From NCBI GenBank assembly GCA_000934665.2, contig JYFJ02000539.1, forward strand, positions 1 through 64,000: a DNA stretch of 64,000 nt. Direction: 5' to 3'. Below are positions 13,728 to 27,400 of this stretch, in pieces. The translations under genes were made by a program, and so were the position numbers. This DNA comes from Catajapyx aquilonaris. Taxonomy: Eukaryota. How positions within the stretch are numbered: the first letter of the stretch is position 1; each line of letters begins with the position of its first letter. The notes below the pieces were generated by a model, which was not told the origin of the DNA, searched no databases, and saw only the letters and a list, made by a program, of their open reading frames with translations.

Positions 13728-16700
13728 TACTTCCAACAGCTACTGATGGCACTTGAGCTCTTTTTGGTCTCAGGCTGACTCTTGACACCTTATGCTGAAA
13801 AATTGGATAGCTTTTGACACCTCGCGCCCTTGACACTGACCGCTTCCTATTCATAACCCGTAATGTTCCGTTTCACAAAAACATTCTGGAGTGTCCCGCT
13901 CATTTATAGCCCCTAGACCCTATTTTGTATCTGCTTGCAATTCATCCTGGAGACGTCCCCCTTTGATTTATAGGCGCCTCCTGCTTCGGTCACAATGCGA
14001 CCTCGGACTATTTATTAGAGAACGGAGGGGAAGTAACTGTACCGCTACTGCAGACCCTTTTCAAAGCTGTAAACAACCCAATAAAATTTGCCACTTATTG
14101 TTCTTCAAAAATTCTGGGGTCTCTAAGGGGGTGCCCTTCGAGGTCCGGAAGCTCACCCCCTTTTATTTTTATTTTTCTCTCCCCGCGTGACTCTACAAGA
14201 GATGTCAAGTCAGGAGTGACCTCCTAGGGGCTTCTGGTCGGGCACATTTCCCGTTGTGATTTACTAGAGATATTCCAGATGGAGGTTGACGCTTTTAGTG
14301 CGACATCAAGCGACGGTGGTCAGGTCGTAAAGTTTCAGACAAGTTGGAAGGTTATTCACGTTTTCGAATGCGGTTTCTAATTGAAGCCGTAAACGTAGTT
14401 ATCAATTAAATTGTGGATTGTGCAGCACCCAGCTCTTTGTTCTTCGGCGCAGTTACTGTACAGTACAGTGCACGTGGCTAAGTGGGTTGAACGTGCTGAA
14501 GGAGCTGTTGGAATAGCCAGTATGTTATGTCGGTTTAACACATAATAAAAATGAGCACAGCGTCCTATATATAGGACACCTGCACAAATGTCATATTGTA
14601 ATGTATTGTTCATTAGAAAAGCTTATAAAAATAACAATTCAGGCACATCAGAGTTGAAACACATTGAACGTTCAGCCGATCCTGCCAATCTTGCAGACTA
14701 GAAAGAGATTTGTGCAATTTCTAAGATTATCCACATCCTGTACACATACTGTATTAGTGCCAGGATTCCCTTCCCTCTACTTTCTGCCATACGCTTTCAC
14801 CATCCTGGAGATAAAAGCCTGCAAATGTTTATGTTGCGTTTGGCCAGTGTTGATAAAGGCAGATAAATGTTTGTATTGTATATGGACAATGTTTTTAAAC
14901 GGGTAGATATTATGGGAGGAGGGCGTGCTCGGGACGCATTTGATTCGCACATCATTGGGACGATTAGATCCCCCCCAGTATGGTCCTGGCTGGATTGCTG
15001 GATTTAAAAAAATAAACAAAAAAATGGCATAAGCGCGAGGGTAAGGACGAGGAATTAGCATGTAAATGTTCGGCATCAGCCAGTGGAATAAGGGCAATTA
15101 TAATTATTGTTGCGTCATAGGATTAGTTGGCAGTGCCCGTTGACGAATGTAACAGTGGGTCAAGATAATAAAACTCCATATTGCATCTGGCTGCAATCTC
15201 TTTTAACTGTCCATTATTCCCATGGCGTGTGCAACGCTATTTTTCCCCATGCCCGAGACCATACATAAGTGTCGCTTCCAACTGCGATTATCACAACAAA
15301 CAGAGTCCGGGTAATTCTGCACCGCCGATCCATCGGATGAAGGCTCCCCCCAATCTCGCATTATAAATGTTGGGCAATTTGACCCTTATCTAATTTATGG
15401 AATTCCCCATAGAATAACTAAATCCAGAGCTTCGTCAGCCAACAGCTCCAGCTATTTGCGTAGATTCACGAAATGAAGGGGCCATGTTCGGACCCACCAG
15501 CCGCATAAACAGCAATAACAAAGAATGGGGCGCGTGTATGCAAAATTACCGCAATTTGCATTCAAATTCATAACAAAACGTTGTACAATAATGCATTGTG
15601 GAAAGTGTCACTAATGGCCTCGACATATCCTGAAAATGGCAGTCCTTGTGTCCCACCACATCAGGTTGGTTTTTGTGCACAAGTTTCATATGATATCAAT
15701 ATCATCAACCCTTAAATATTTAAAAAAAAACACACAGGATATCCTATGCATATTATACTGTGTATTATAGCCTGCTATATACCCACTGGCACTGCAATAA
15801 AAGGCTAATTTAAGCGGTTAAATTTTAAAAAATTAGCAGGGTAAATGGGCTTTCAGCTTGCACACATTCGCCCCAGGCCCACATTTAAAATTCGACTCTG
15901 AATTATCATTGGGCGGTATGGTTGAAATACGACTTTTCAATTCGCGGTTTAGCCACTAGAGAGGCTCTCCATATTAATGCTTCTTCCAATAATCCCGGCT
16001 ATAAATTAGTAGAAAATGTGTTCCATGCAATTTAACGCGCTCATTCAAGTATTGCTACTTAAACACTTTCAGCTTTCAAGCCGTCCTAAAAAAATCGCTT
16101 ATTAATAACTGTGTACTAAAGCTAGGTGCAAATTCGCCCAAAATGGCGTCATAATTTTTTGAATTTTTTTCAAAAACGTGCAGTTCACGCCCTTTTCAGT
16201 GACACGCTCCAATGGGAAATCCACACGCTTAATCAATACGCGGATTTATCATTTGTTAATTGAAGCCATGAAAACGAGCCAACCTCCGCCAAATGATGAT
16301 GTGCTCCAAACCAAGTCATTTCATTATCGTTTGGATCTGGATAGGCCTAACTCCAAATGCCGGCATAAATACAACTAAATTGAGCCATAATGTATATCCC
16401 GGACAACAAACGGGGCAATCATCTTATTGAGTTTGAACGCCGCATGGTATTCCACCCAAAACCCTACGTTATTGCCAATTATTCGGCCAATCGGGTTCTC
16501 TCGGAATAAAAATATGAATCGAAATTTCATAGCGTTTGCATTCATTTACTGTTTGGGGGGGGACTGTCCACAAAACGAATCCCACAATTCCGCTGTAATT
16601 TTCGTCCGAAACGGGACTCCATTCGGACATTTGTTGTGCCATTGGGATTAGGTAAAATTCTCCATGCTCCATTAAAACAAACTAATTATCTTTGATGGAG

Positions 16701-19437
16701 CACAATCCATTAGTACCGTCCTGTAACTAACGGCCGGTACTGCGAGGTTTCATGGGGAAAAATCTTGCAATTGATGAGTTTTATTGTCAAAACCGATTAA
16801 AAATCCGAGCCGAATTTTCGTCATTATGAGCTAATAGTGCGTACAATGGACGTTTATCACAGCTGGTTATTCAATGCCTCTCTATCCGAGGCTGCGTGAC
16901 TGAACTATACCATAGTGGATGACTCCAAAATGAGACTAGAAATTGATAGTCCACACATCATTTTGGAAATGATTTGGCGGTGAGCAGCATTTGCATTGCA
17001 ACAATTTTTTTTGTACAGTACTTAGTAGATAGCAGCGGTTGAATAACCTAATTGTTACAATATCACTCTGGAGATATCAAGATGTTTTGTGTGTCCTCCA
17101 CTTTTTTTTGTCCTTGTCCAAGATAGTACACATACATATTTCAAATGGCTGGCGCGACATTTCTGCCACCTGCAGTAAATAACCAGCTTTGTGAGATAAT
17201 AAAACTCTTAAAAAAGAATCCACCAGATGTGACAACCATGCCCGCTTGGGGCTGCTCGTTCATTGACATCCAGCATCCTCTGCTAATAAGCCTGAGACAA
17301 GAAAATTCAAACGACTCTGATCGAGCACTTATTTCGTTCAAAACTGCCTTTGTTTTCTCCCAAGTCCTCCGAACCCGATGATATCTTCTCTTTTACCTTT
17401 TTCTTCTTCTTTTTTATACATATACTTTTAACCACCCTTCCAAAACCCCGACGAGTTTTTATGACATTGGTGTCGAGCAAGTCAAAACCGGAATGAGTGT
17501 TCCAATGAAAACATTAAACAATCATTCTTATTCATTACCTCATTACCTTAACTCCAATTGGGGGTCTGATATACAATTGCCCCCATCCCCAGGGCCGTTG
17601 AGAAACAAGCGATATTCCCGTCGGATAATCATTTTTCTTGCATTCCCAGCGACCCGAATTCCCTTCCAACGTTGGGCTACGTATATTAACAAGTTCGAGT
17701 TGGGTTAGAGGGGGGGTCGTTTCAAAAAAGAGAGAAAAAAAAACTACGGACAGCCTCGTAAAAATGGGACGATATGACTGGGAGACAAGTATGGAGAAAC
17801 TTCATTCCTGAAGTACTCCTGACCAATGGGGGGTTCATATATCTTTGGGAACGAAGTTTAGAGGGTTATGGTTTCTAGGGTTCCTCAACAGCCCCAGCGG
17901 AATTTTTCTTGAGGCCATGCCGCCTAATTATTGACAGAAAAATATGTTTCAATTTTTTTTATTTTTTTTATTTAAAAAAAGTAAGACAATATGCTGTACA
18001 AATTCATTGTCTCAAATCCCACCCAAAGCTGGTTCTAACCTCGTAAATACTTTGCCCCCACCTAACTATCAGTTGTCCATCACCCATGAATTTCAATTGT
18101 GCACCTCTCATGATGAAGGCGGGAAAACTTCTCTGCCCCCATCTCGCCCCATGTCGAGGAATCATATAAAAAAAAGAGTCTGGAATAGCAAGAAAGGAGT
18201 CGTGCTTATAAATATGCCAGTCTCTGTCATAACCCGTTCTATCGCACTTTATCTGCTCTCCCGGCCGCACATCGGCATTCCGCCCTTTTTTATTTCGCCC
18301 TTGCGAGCCGACCGTGAATGCAAATGGTTGCCGAGTTGTTTTATGATCTTGGCCGGCGACGCAAGACCCCCGGACTTGGCACAACCAATAGCAGGACGCA
18401 GGGGCTCCCACGCACCCACCATACGTGCTGGGATATACACGTATGCAGCGGGAGGTGACAAGTGTCACACTACAGGACCAGTGGGTACATTGTAGCAAGG
18501 CCAGTGGTCAAGGAGTTGGCACTACAGCTTGAGTCTGAGTAGCTGCTTAAATAAGCAGCTTACTGTCTGAAAAAAGCATGTTACTCTGTTGTCAATGTTT
18601 GATTGCCCCTAGACACACGCGGCAACACAATCCGCCTTTGTCTACTGGCAGCCATGTTTATCTCTGCTTATGCAATTCCTAGTTGATGTCTCGACATTTC
18701 TCGCCGTCACAATTTACACTTCCAAGGAATCTACTGGCGTCCGGATGACGTACTAGTTGGAAACATCCTGCATCAGATAATCCTTGCTATGATCACGAAA
18801 CCCTGGGAGATCCGGCCAAGTTTCCTCAACATGACACTCGGAGTTTGCTTCACCAACCGACTTATTAGACCCCAATTCGATCCCGATGCATTTATTATGA
18901 GGGACAAATTCAGGGGAAACTCCATCCGATTCCATAATTCAGTCGGTTGGTCAGTGAGAGGTTAAGAAGTGTCATGGCAGCAACACTACCACCACCCAAT
19001 GGCGACATAAAGTGGAGGGGGGGCTGACTTCAACAAGCCCTTAAAACCTACATGGCAGATGAGGTGATTTAACTAACTATGGTAATGATTTGGTAGCACC
19101 CCAAAGGATCCCAGCCGCGCCTGCAGGTTAATCTTTGATGCCAATCTAAGTTTAATTCAATTCAACCATGATCGGAGGCGCCGCGCACTCTATACTCTCC
19201 CCACACCCTCTCCCTCCACCCCCCACAAGTTAGCGTGAGTATACTATCAGCACGTTAACCTTTTATGCAACTAGGGAGCGAGAATGGAAGTAGATGCACT
19301 CACACGAATTTCTTAAGGCTGCAAAACTCCAGGCGACAAATGGTGACATCTTGGTCAGTTCACTTATCTGCATTTTTTGAATGTAGGAGTTATTTCCTTT
19401 TCTGCCACCTGCACCTGAGAATTGTACAACAACAACA

Positions 19438-19438
<1 letters not shown>

Positions 19439-19502
<64 letters not shown>
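19439..19502. repeat. (AAT)n microsatellite
   Basis: Pure TAA/AAT run preceded by (CAA)n; explains the poly-Leu ORF 19364-19591. Confidence 0.97.
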
Positions 19503-21142
19503 TCATACTGCATGATATTGCCTTTAATTTGAGGTCTCATATGACGTTCATAAGGTTTGCCATCACTCACTTGCATGAATGATAACTTCACCTTGACTGT
19601 TAAGCATGGTTATACAACATTATAGTATGGAGGATGCAATTAATTACCATCTATAGTTCGAGCAAACCGTGGGAGTTAGGTCGTGTTTACCTGTAGTAGT
19701 CGTCACATTCGTAAAACCGAGGTCAGACATGTTATAACCATTTGATGACATATACACTGGTTGGGAATAAAAATTCATATCTTCAGCACTGGGGAATTTC
19801 TTCGAATATAAACTATTATTATTGCATATATACTTGGTAAGTAACCTTGTAATGGTGATGACGTGCATTGTGTACATATTAACACCAGCAATAACTGCAG
19901 GCCTGTGCGTGTCTGTTTATTAATATATGGCACTGTAATAATCGGTCTTTTTCATGTTATAAGTATGCCATGATGTATGAAGGTTACTCAGACAAACTTG
20001 TAAAGGAAGTACCTAGAACGAAGTGTTGGTTTCAGAAATAAATACTATATTAAAAATTGAACTCGAATGCTGAACACAGCATCAATACTATGTCGATACA
20101 TTCAGAAAATGTTGTCAGCGTTACTTGAGATTACTTAACTTGAAAGCAAACATATATTGCAATAAATCAGGATACAGTAAAAACTTCTAATTAGTTGTCA
20201 ATAATAATCATGAAGTTATGAAGTTACCCTTGTTAGTTTCTTCTCAATAAGTGAAATTGTTTTCAATTCGTGACTATTAGCATTGAAATGTTTAAAAATG
20301 CATGCATCATCAACCATTCCTTTCCCACGAGTATATTTACACAACACCCTTTGAAATCCTGCATGTTAAATCGCATGCAACTCCGCCGCATAAAGCAGTT
20401 AATAATTCAGCACCTTCATATCGCATTATAAAACAAGTCCTTGAAAACCAGAATTAATAAAAAGAAGATATCTATCAAAACCGAGACGCAAGTAAAAAAA
20501 ACAAACAAATCATTTAGAAAACTCGTTTCCCTTACACCTGATTTCAAGGCTGCCCATTAAAAAATTGCTTTCAATAATATATTAATTAGTCTTAATAATT
20601 TCTGATTACTTTCGAAGTCACGCTCACCTTCATCCCTCCCTACCTCCTGAATAAAATACCCCCCAGCCTTTTCTCCAAAATCCGTCTAAAAACCAGCATC
20701 CCACACGAATCTGTAAGCCAAGAAACCGGTTACAGTGTGTCACCCTCTATCAGTTCGCTGCTATTCTTTATTAGTACCAGGTGGTAGGAGGACAGACCCT
20801 CACTGTCGGACGGCCCGATCCCGACTGGCGTGGCCGAGCGAGTGTGCAGCGACGCCAACCCCCTCTAGCAGCTTCCCTCTGTGGAGGGCTATACAATATT
20901 TGACGCGCGCACTCATAAGCGAGTAATAGGTGTGCGGCGCGGCGGACTCTACGAATCGGAGCCCCTCACAAGGCAGGCGCAACTACACGGTGGGGGTGCC
21001 CCTCCCGAACCTTTCTCCCCCTCCCCCCTTCCCCTCTGCCCTCTCTCTCTCCCCCTCTCTCTCTCTCTCTCACTCACTTTGGGGGCTCTGCCGCACGAGC
21101 ACCATCATATCCATATTTATGCCGGCAGTGGCGGCGAGCAGA

Positions 21143-21228
21143 CCAATCAGAAGGCAGGCGTGCCCGCCCGAATGGGATTATCATAATCGGCATCCAATAT
21201 TGATAATCATAAACTGTGGACCTGCGCA
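21143..21228 (+). promoter_or_regulatory. Candidate deeply conserved Sall promoter/5'-leader element
   Basis: CCAATCAG...ATAATCGGCATCCAATATTGATAATCATAAACTGTGGACCTGCGCA is an AT-rich block inside the GC island, about 175-260 nt before the ATG. It resembles the vertebrate SALL promoter/leader as recalled from memory; not aligned computationally. Confidence 0.6.
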
Positions 21229-21401
21229 CTAGGCGTTGGGGGGCCGGGCCGACATGTGGATAATTTAGGAAAATTTTTTGCTCGCTTCTGCTCCACCCTG
21301 CAGCAAGCACCAGTCCTCCCCATTTGCCGAGGAGGGTTGTCATTGCCGGACGGTCCTGCGGAGGAACAGTGCCGAAGATCGCGGGGGGCAGCTGCGGCAG
21401 G

Positions 21402-21477
21402 ATGTCGAGGCGGAAGCAGGCGCATCCCAGCCGACACCTGGACGCCGAGGATGGGTTGGTCAGCTCCTTGCAAAATG
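21402..21477 (+). CDS. sal: First coding exon of a spalt/Sal-like (SALL) C2H2 zinc-finger repressor; N-terminal NuRD-binding motif (partial CDS)
   Basis: AGG-ATG TCG AGG CGG AAG CAG GCG CAT CCC AGC CGA CAC CTG... translates as MSRRKQAHPSRHLDAEDGLVSSLQN+G. It is followed directly by the consensus donor ATG|GTGAGT (phase 1). MSRRKQxxP at residue 1 is shared by the SALL, BCL11, FOG/ZFPM and ZNF423/521 families. The short phase-1 first exon and the upstream element favour Sall. The zinc-finger exons are not in the window. Confidence 0.8.
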
Positions 21478-24400
21478 GTGAGTACCCCCCCGATGGTGGT
21501 GTGACAGTGCGCGAAGTGCGGGTAGGGACAGCACGTGTTTCGGCGGAGGGAACGGGCGGGCCTTGCTTGGCCGATAACCAGGCTGACGGGGGCCGGCCTG
21601 GCTGACGGGGGTTCCGTGGTTGGCGCCCAAACGTGTGCGGTGATGCCGGTATGGCTGGGGGTTGGTCAGGGCACGTGTGTGGTGCGGTGATAGGACCAGT
21701 GTGCCTCGGTTCAAATAAGGGATTTTGTCTTGCAAATATGTTAGTTGTGCAGTATACAAAGTGATACAGAGTACCGGCAACCAATGCTAACCACAACAAT
21801 GCCAATATGATGCAACCATATTGTATAACGGAACCTGTTTATATCAAAATATAAAGGACAATTTATGGCTGTACGGTATGACAGGTATACCAGTTTTAAA
21901 CTGCGTTTTTTGTCAAAGTACTACTGCAACTTATGTAAGAATATTATGAGACTTCAGTCATATATATTCACAACCTTGACAATGTCTATTTCTTGCGAGG
22001 TATCATAATATATTATAATATTAAGTAACGCATTAACCGGTTCAAGCCGCTGCCGGCTACGCTTATTAGAAGTAATAATATCATTCAACGCGCACAATGT
22101 AAGACTTCCTTGCCGCGTTTTTTTTTTAAGTCGAGTGCGAACTAGAAAGGGCGATGTCGACATAGATCTCAATTTGTCCTCAAATTGAGACGGACAACAA
22201 TAGCCAGGCCGTCGATACATTATCATTTCCTTGCTTTCCCCAATAGGCGGGTAGTTTTGGAGGAGGGCAAGAAGCCTATTATTTGGCGAATTTGAGTGCC
22301 GCATTGTTGCGGGTACAAATGTCTGCCCTCCTCTCAAAATATTGTCCAAATTTTCACAGCCCGTTTATTCTTCCGAATTATAATAGTCGATGTGTATCAT
22401 TCACCCTCCACATCTTTTTTTGGCTACATAAAAGGTCCTTTCCACACCTCTTGAGTCCCCGGCACCCGAGTGCAGTATAAAGACGTTCTAGTTTCACACA
22501 GTGGGATTTGCAGCCTTGACTCAAACGCCACTTCCTTGGCTTTGAATCGACCTCCTCCTTTTGCTTCTTTGAGCTCTAAGTGACTATACGGCAATAGCGC
22601 ATCTCATTTTATTCGCAGATATTGTGCGCTTATTCTCAGTTCATTTACTCTGCAAAATTTGAAGCCGCGGTCCAGTGGGTTGAAATGTACTGTTCTATAT
22701 ATTCGCTGTTGAATATTATAGTGTGCGCTAATTTTTAAATATTCTGATAGTCAAAATGCGAAAAGGCAGTGTGCTGAATATCGCAAATTGAAATTACTGC
22801 AGCTTCCTTCGCTGCATAATAGCAGTCATAAATGACAGCAAAAAATTTAATAAGGCTCATATAAATGTAGCCATACCCCGGACGACATGTTGCACCGGTA
22901 CGTCACCTGCGACTCAACCCGCAAATTTCCTTATCTATCGGCAGTTTTTCTTGACGCAACCCCCAGATCGTTGTCGTAAGATTCCCGAGGCAGATGAGCA
23001 CAGTATTAATTTGCAACGACGTAGGCGTGGCTCTTGATTATACAAGTTGGTTTATTCCGATGCGGATAAAAGTCACGGCATGGCCTACTCCAGGAGATGG
23101 AACCGGATTGGAAAATGAGCCCGCCTTCTGTCAGCGGCATGGGAACGCGGCCAGTTGGATTGACGGCAAAAATTTCGGCACCGGGGCCCCCCTCATCCCC
23201 CCCACCCATCTCTTCTTTACCCCCACCTCAACCCCCCCTCTCTATAGAGTCGCGGTTCCCTTGCCGTTTAGTTGCCATGTTCGATTTTATCGATGAATGA
23301 TCAATACAACTACCCCTATTCAGATACTATCTATAATTCCCCAATTGCTAATTGCGGGACACAAAAAAAAAGTAATGAGCGGCCTTTATTTTCATAATGT
23401 GCACTATTAGTATGAGGATCGTGATTGACGGTTGTGAGGGGCTTTCGAAATGATATCGAACGTTATTACGTGCGAAATAGCGGCCGTGCTCAAATAGATC
23501 TGTCATTATGGGATGTGAGCAGCAATGCACGTTATCCGCTTGCCTTTGCCGACTTAGTAGAACGTAATAATTATTCCAGCAGGCCTGAGTAGCTGCGAGC
23601 TGTAGTTATTGGCGCTTACTCGAAACCCAGGGGAAAATTACAGGCAACGCAACCACAGTTGCCTGTGTTTGTATTCACCCTGCAACATCTTACCTAACTT
23701 TAGTTATAAATATCCAGTTTTTATTGCCAGCTTGTTTAATAACTGCACGTCACTTGCCCTGTACAGGTCAGAGTTACGTAACAAACCTGTCTTTTTTTTG
23801 TATGATACAGGTCGGGTGTAATTTGGGATCCGAAATGGACCGAATGTATGCAGCACTTACAGGGCCAGTACCCGAATCGTTTTGCTTGAATAGGTGGTCG
23901 ACCTGATGGCATCATCTTTTTGCATGCGAAGGAAATTGACCTCAAGTGTCTGCTTTTTCTGGTTTTCCTTATACGTGCTTGCAGGCACCGGAATCAGGTT
24001 AAGGGTAGGTGCGCGTTACGCAATGTACCGGTATTATGCCGGGTAGAAAAATATGATGCGCAGAATAAGCGTCATAAATGTGAATATATATTGCGAGATG
24101 TTTTTTATATCCTTCGTCATAAATACTAGCTTAGTTCGTGCGTCATTCAGACATTGAAGTCTCCATAACCATTCGTCAAACATTTTACATGTCGGACCAA
24201 ACACATTATATCCCTACAAATGTCATGGGTGCTATTTTGTTTATTACTAGGCATCTTTTTCTATAACGGTAAAAGTAATCGGGGGTTTCTTCGGTGTGGG
24301 AACCAAACTAACCTGTTTCACCATGCAATGAATTGATTAACGCCAACTCATCTAAATTAATTGCCTGATGGCAGTGTCGCATATGAGTATCGCGACCCAC

Positions 24401-27400
24401 ATGACATCACCTAACCTCAAGTCTACATAAGTCTTGTAAATGTAAGTTTACGGCTCTACAATCGGACAGGCATAGCCTATTACGTCAGGTTACATAATAT
24501 TACTATAGCAAAATATTATTCCCACTGTGCAATGTTTTATCATCAAAAAATTTGCACTAATCTGTGGTTCCATGTACTGTAACCACTTTTTTTTTCTACT
24601 TCTAGAACCACAGTAATCTTACCAAACCCTGCCGGCTGAATATTATCAAAGATGTAAATGTGATTTTTTTTATCTACCCCCAAAAGTGGGAGGGATGAGA
24701 CATGCTCATCTGATTCGCCCGTTTATTATGATTGATATGAGGGGATAATTTTGGTGCAGAAGGTAGTGATTTCATGGGCTGATTTGGGTGCCATTAGGCC
24801 AAGTTCGAGACGCTGGGGCATGTTCTGGACCCCCATCTCATTGCTGTCATTCCCTTGCTCAAATTACATCTGTGATATGCCTGGGAAATCGGTCCACTGT
24901 GCACGTGTACATACCTCCCCAAAAAATTAAGAAGAAAAAAAAATCACATGACCCGTCGCATCTTTCCTGTACCTGCAACATCCCTTCGAGAATATTTTGA
25001 GGGTACACACACGCACATTTCGAAGCAGACATCCAATTTATGAGCGGTACAACTTCCCAAAAGTCAGGTTAGCTTAGCCATCACCACTTCACTTTTTTTT
25101 ATATACACCGTACCGAGCCTGACAGGTCGAACCCGCGGGGTTCCACACGCCCATGCGCGTGTGAAAACCCGCGCGTGTGCACTCAAAAAACACCCACCAA
25201 CAATAACCCATCCAGTTCCACAACTAATCTGGCACATTTCAACCACTCTTCACCAACCTGTCATTTTGTAACGTGCGACAATGTTTTTACGTCTGGGGAA
25301 AAACTATGAGGAAGCGAAGGAATTGTTGTGAGAAATATGTTACATCGTTTCACACGCATGTTAAGGTCAAGACGACGTGCACGGCAGTGCACATGTAAGT
25401 TATAATTATGTGACAAAAGTTGTGTCATTGCGTCTGAATATTTGTATATGTCCACTGCGTGATGTTCCGGAAATGTTCTGCAAGTGTCAGGTACATTATT
25501 TACAGATAATTTGAGGCTAATTTAGGTATACCGGATGGGCAGTAATTATTAGGTTCGTCGCATAATTTGCGATTTTATTTACTTGTTATTATTATTACAA
25601 TGTAATAAGATATACAATCCAGGTCTGACACAGGGGACTCACAGTGCTGAATTCATCTTTAGTAATGACCATTGCGAAAGTTCTCAGAGGTCTTTCGCCT
25701 CGCGGTTCACTTATAACACACACGTGGCGCAAAACAAATCCGGATCACCTTGATGAGATGCAGAGTCGAACTACGTAAGTCCTCGATATACCTACGTATA
25801 CTTTTTTCCGCCTTTGTGAGTTCGAACTGTACATTTTCAAAAACAGATCCTTTGTTCGCAAGGAAATGCGAATGTCAAATTGTAGCATGAACATAAAATC
25901 ATAAAATAATAAATCATGCCACAACTTTTTATTCCCTTCGCTGACTACCATTTTTTTCTCCAAGCTGCAACAATAACACAAACAGGAATATTTCGCATGT
26001 GGTAATGTCAAGGATGGAATATAACCGGAAGTCATAAAAGGAAGGGGGGGGGGGGGATTTGACTATCTTTCTTCACCCCGTGCGCATGTTAATAGCACAC
26101 CTGCCTGGAAAATCCTGGCGTAGATTAATATGCGTGACGCATGATTTGTGACCCCCCATAATTTCTCATATTCTCACTATGGAAAGTAAATTTATGCTCA
26201 CCTGAAACAAACATTGCTTAAAATATTCTGACTCGCCTATATTTTATGTGGCTCTTAAAATTTTGCAATATCCATATTGACCATATATGAATAGAGCAAA
26301 ATTTGACAAGCCTGGCCATATTGATCCGGGGGATATGAATGCTTGCCCGCATTGGATTTCATCCGGAAACATCGCGACCTGACTGACAATTGTTTGACAA
26401 AATTCCATTACCCCTTCCGACCAACATGGCGGCGTGCCAACAAGAGCATGTAGGCCCCAAAAGCTCGTGGTCCCCAAAATTTGACTGCTGCTGGGAGGGA
26501 AAAATCTGGTGACGGAAGACAACCGGTTGACAGAGATTGGAAAAGCGGTGTGCATATATTGTTAGGCCAACGACTGCTTCTGGAGCATCAATTTCCACAT
26601 ATCTCTATACCAGAGCTCACACACACATGATCCACGTGCTGAAATTCGAGCCGGGTCATGTTGCAACATAATGAAGTTTGCAAACTCCAGGCATTAACGG
26701 CTGTGTTATTCTCTAGTCGCGGAACAGTAGGAGAAACAAACAAGGCGATACATTATCATACCTGTGCGACCCCAACTAACCAGCAAAGGTCGCTGCCACA
26801 GATGCTGCAAAAAAAGAGGTGGCCTAGTGTTTACAAAAATTGAGTATGAGAGTGGTCCAAGTAATTTTCGCATAAATTTCGTACATACACAGGGTGGTCC
26901 AATGCGCACCTTGCTGTTTTTCAGTAGGCACTAGTTGTTGCAAGTAACTGCTATTTTCTCACGAGTTGCCTGAAGAGACAATATGGCGTCTAATTTTACA
27001 ATTAGAATTGTGTGCGTCAAAGCCTGCAATTTTCACAAGAGACAACGCCATTTGTCCACACAGAAGGCGCATATTAGAAAACAGCTAAATAAGCAACCCG
27101 TATAGTCGTTGCTATAGTCACAAATTATCACCACGAAACCCAAGTTTGCCTGAAAATATTGGTGCCCTGTCGATGTCGCAGCAAGGCTACAAAACTGCCA
27201 CTTCGTATCATCCTCTAGTTGAAACCCCCTCCCCGGTATATATACGTATAGCATTTGAGCGGTGGTACAGTATATATGCTCAAAGTTACTCCCCTTTCAT
27301 CCTATGTCTTTGGGGCTGCTCCCAATTTGCATCGCACTCGGCTGGCGTTGCCCTGGAAGGCGAGACGCCACTTGAAAGCTATGATTCCGCCCAGCAAGTA

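Larger units (their letters stand above)
20800..21710 (+). promoter_or_regulatory. GC/CpG-rich promoter and first-exon island of the spalt-like gene
   Basis: GC and CpG rise sharply against the AT-rich flanks (19.9-20.6 kb and 21.75-22.1 kb). The region has a (CT)n/GAGA-type tract at 21041-21071 and CCAATCAG at 21143, and it contains the start-codon exon. The exact TSS cannot be determined. Confidence 0.75.

Noticed and set aside
21074..21805. 243-aa minus-strand ORF, the longest in the window
   Set aside because: Pro/Arg/Ala-rich by-product of the GC island, antisense to the real exon, with a non-ATG start.
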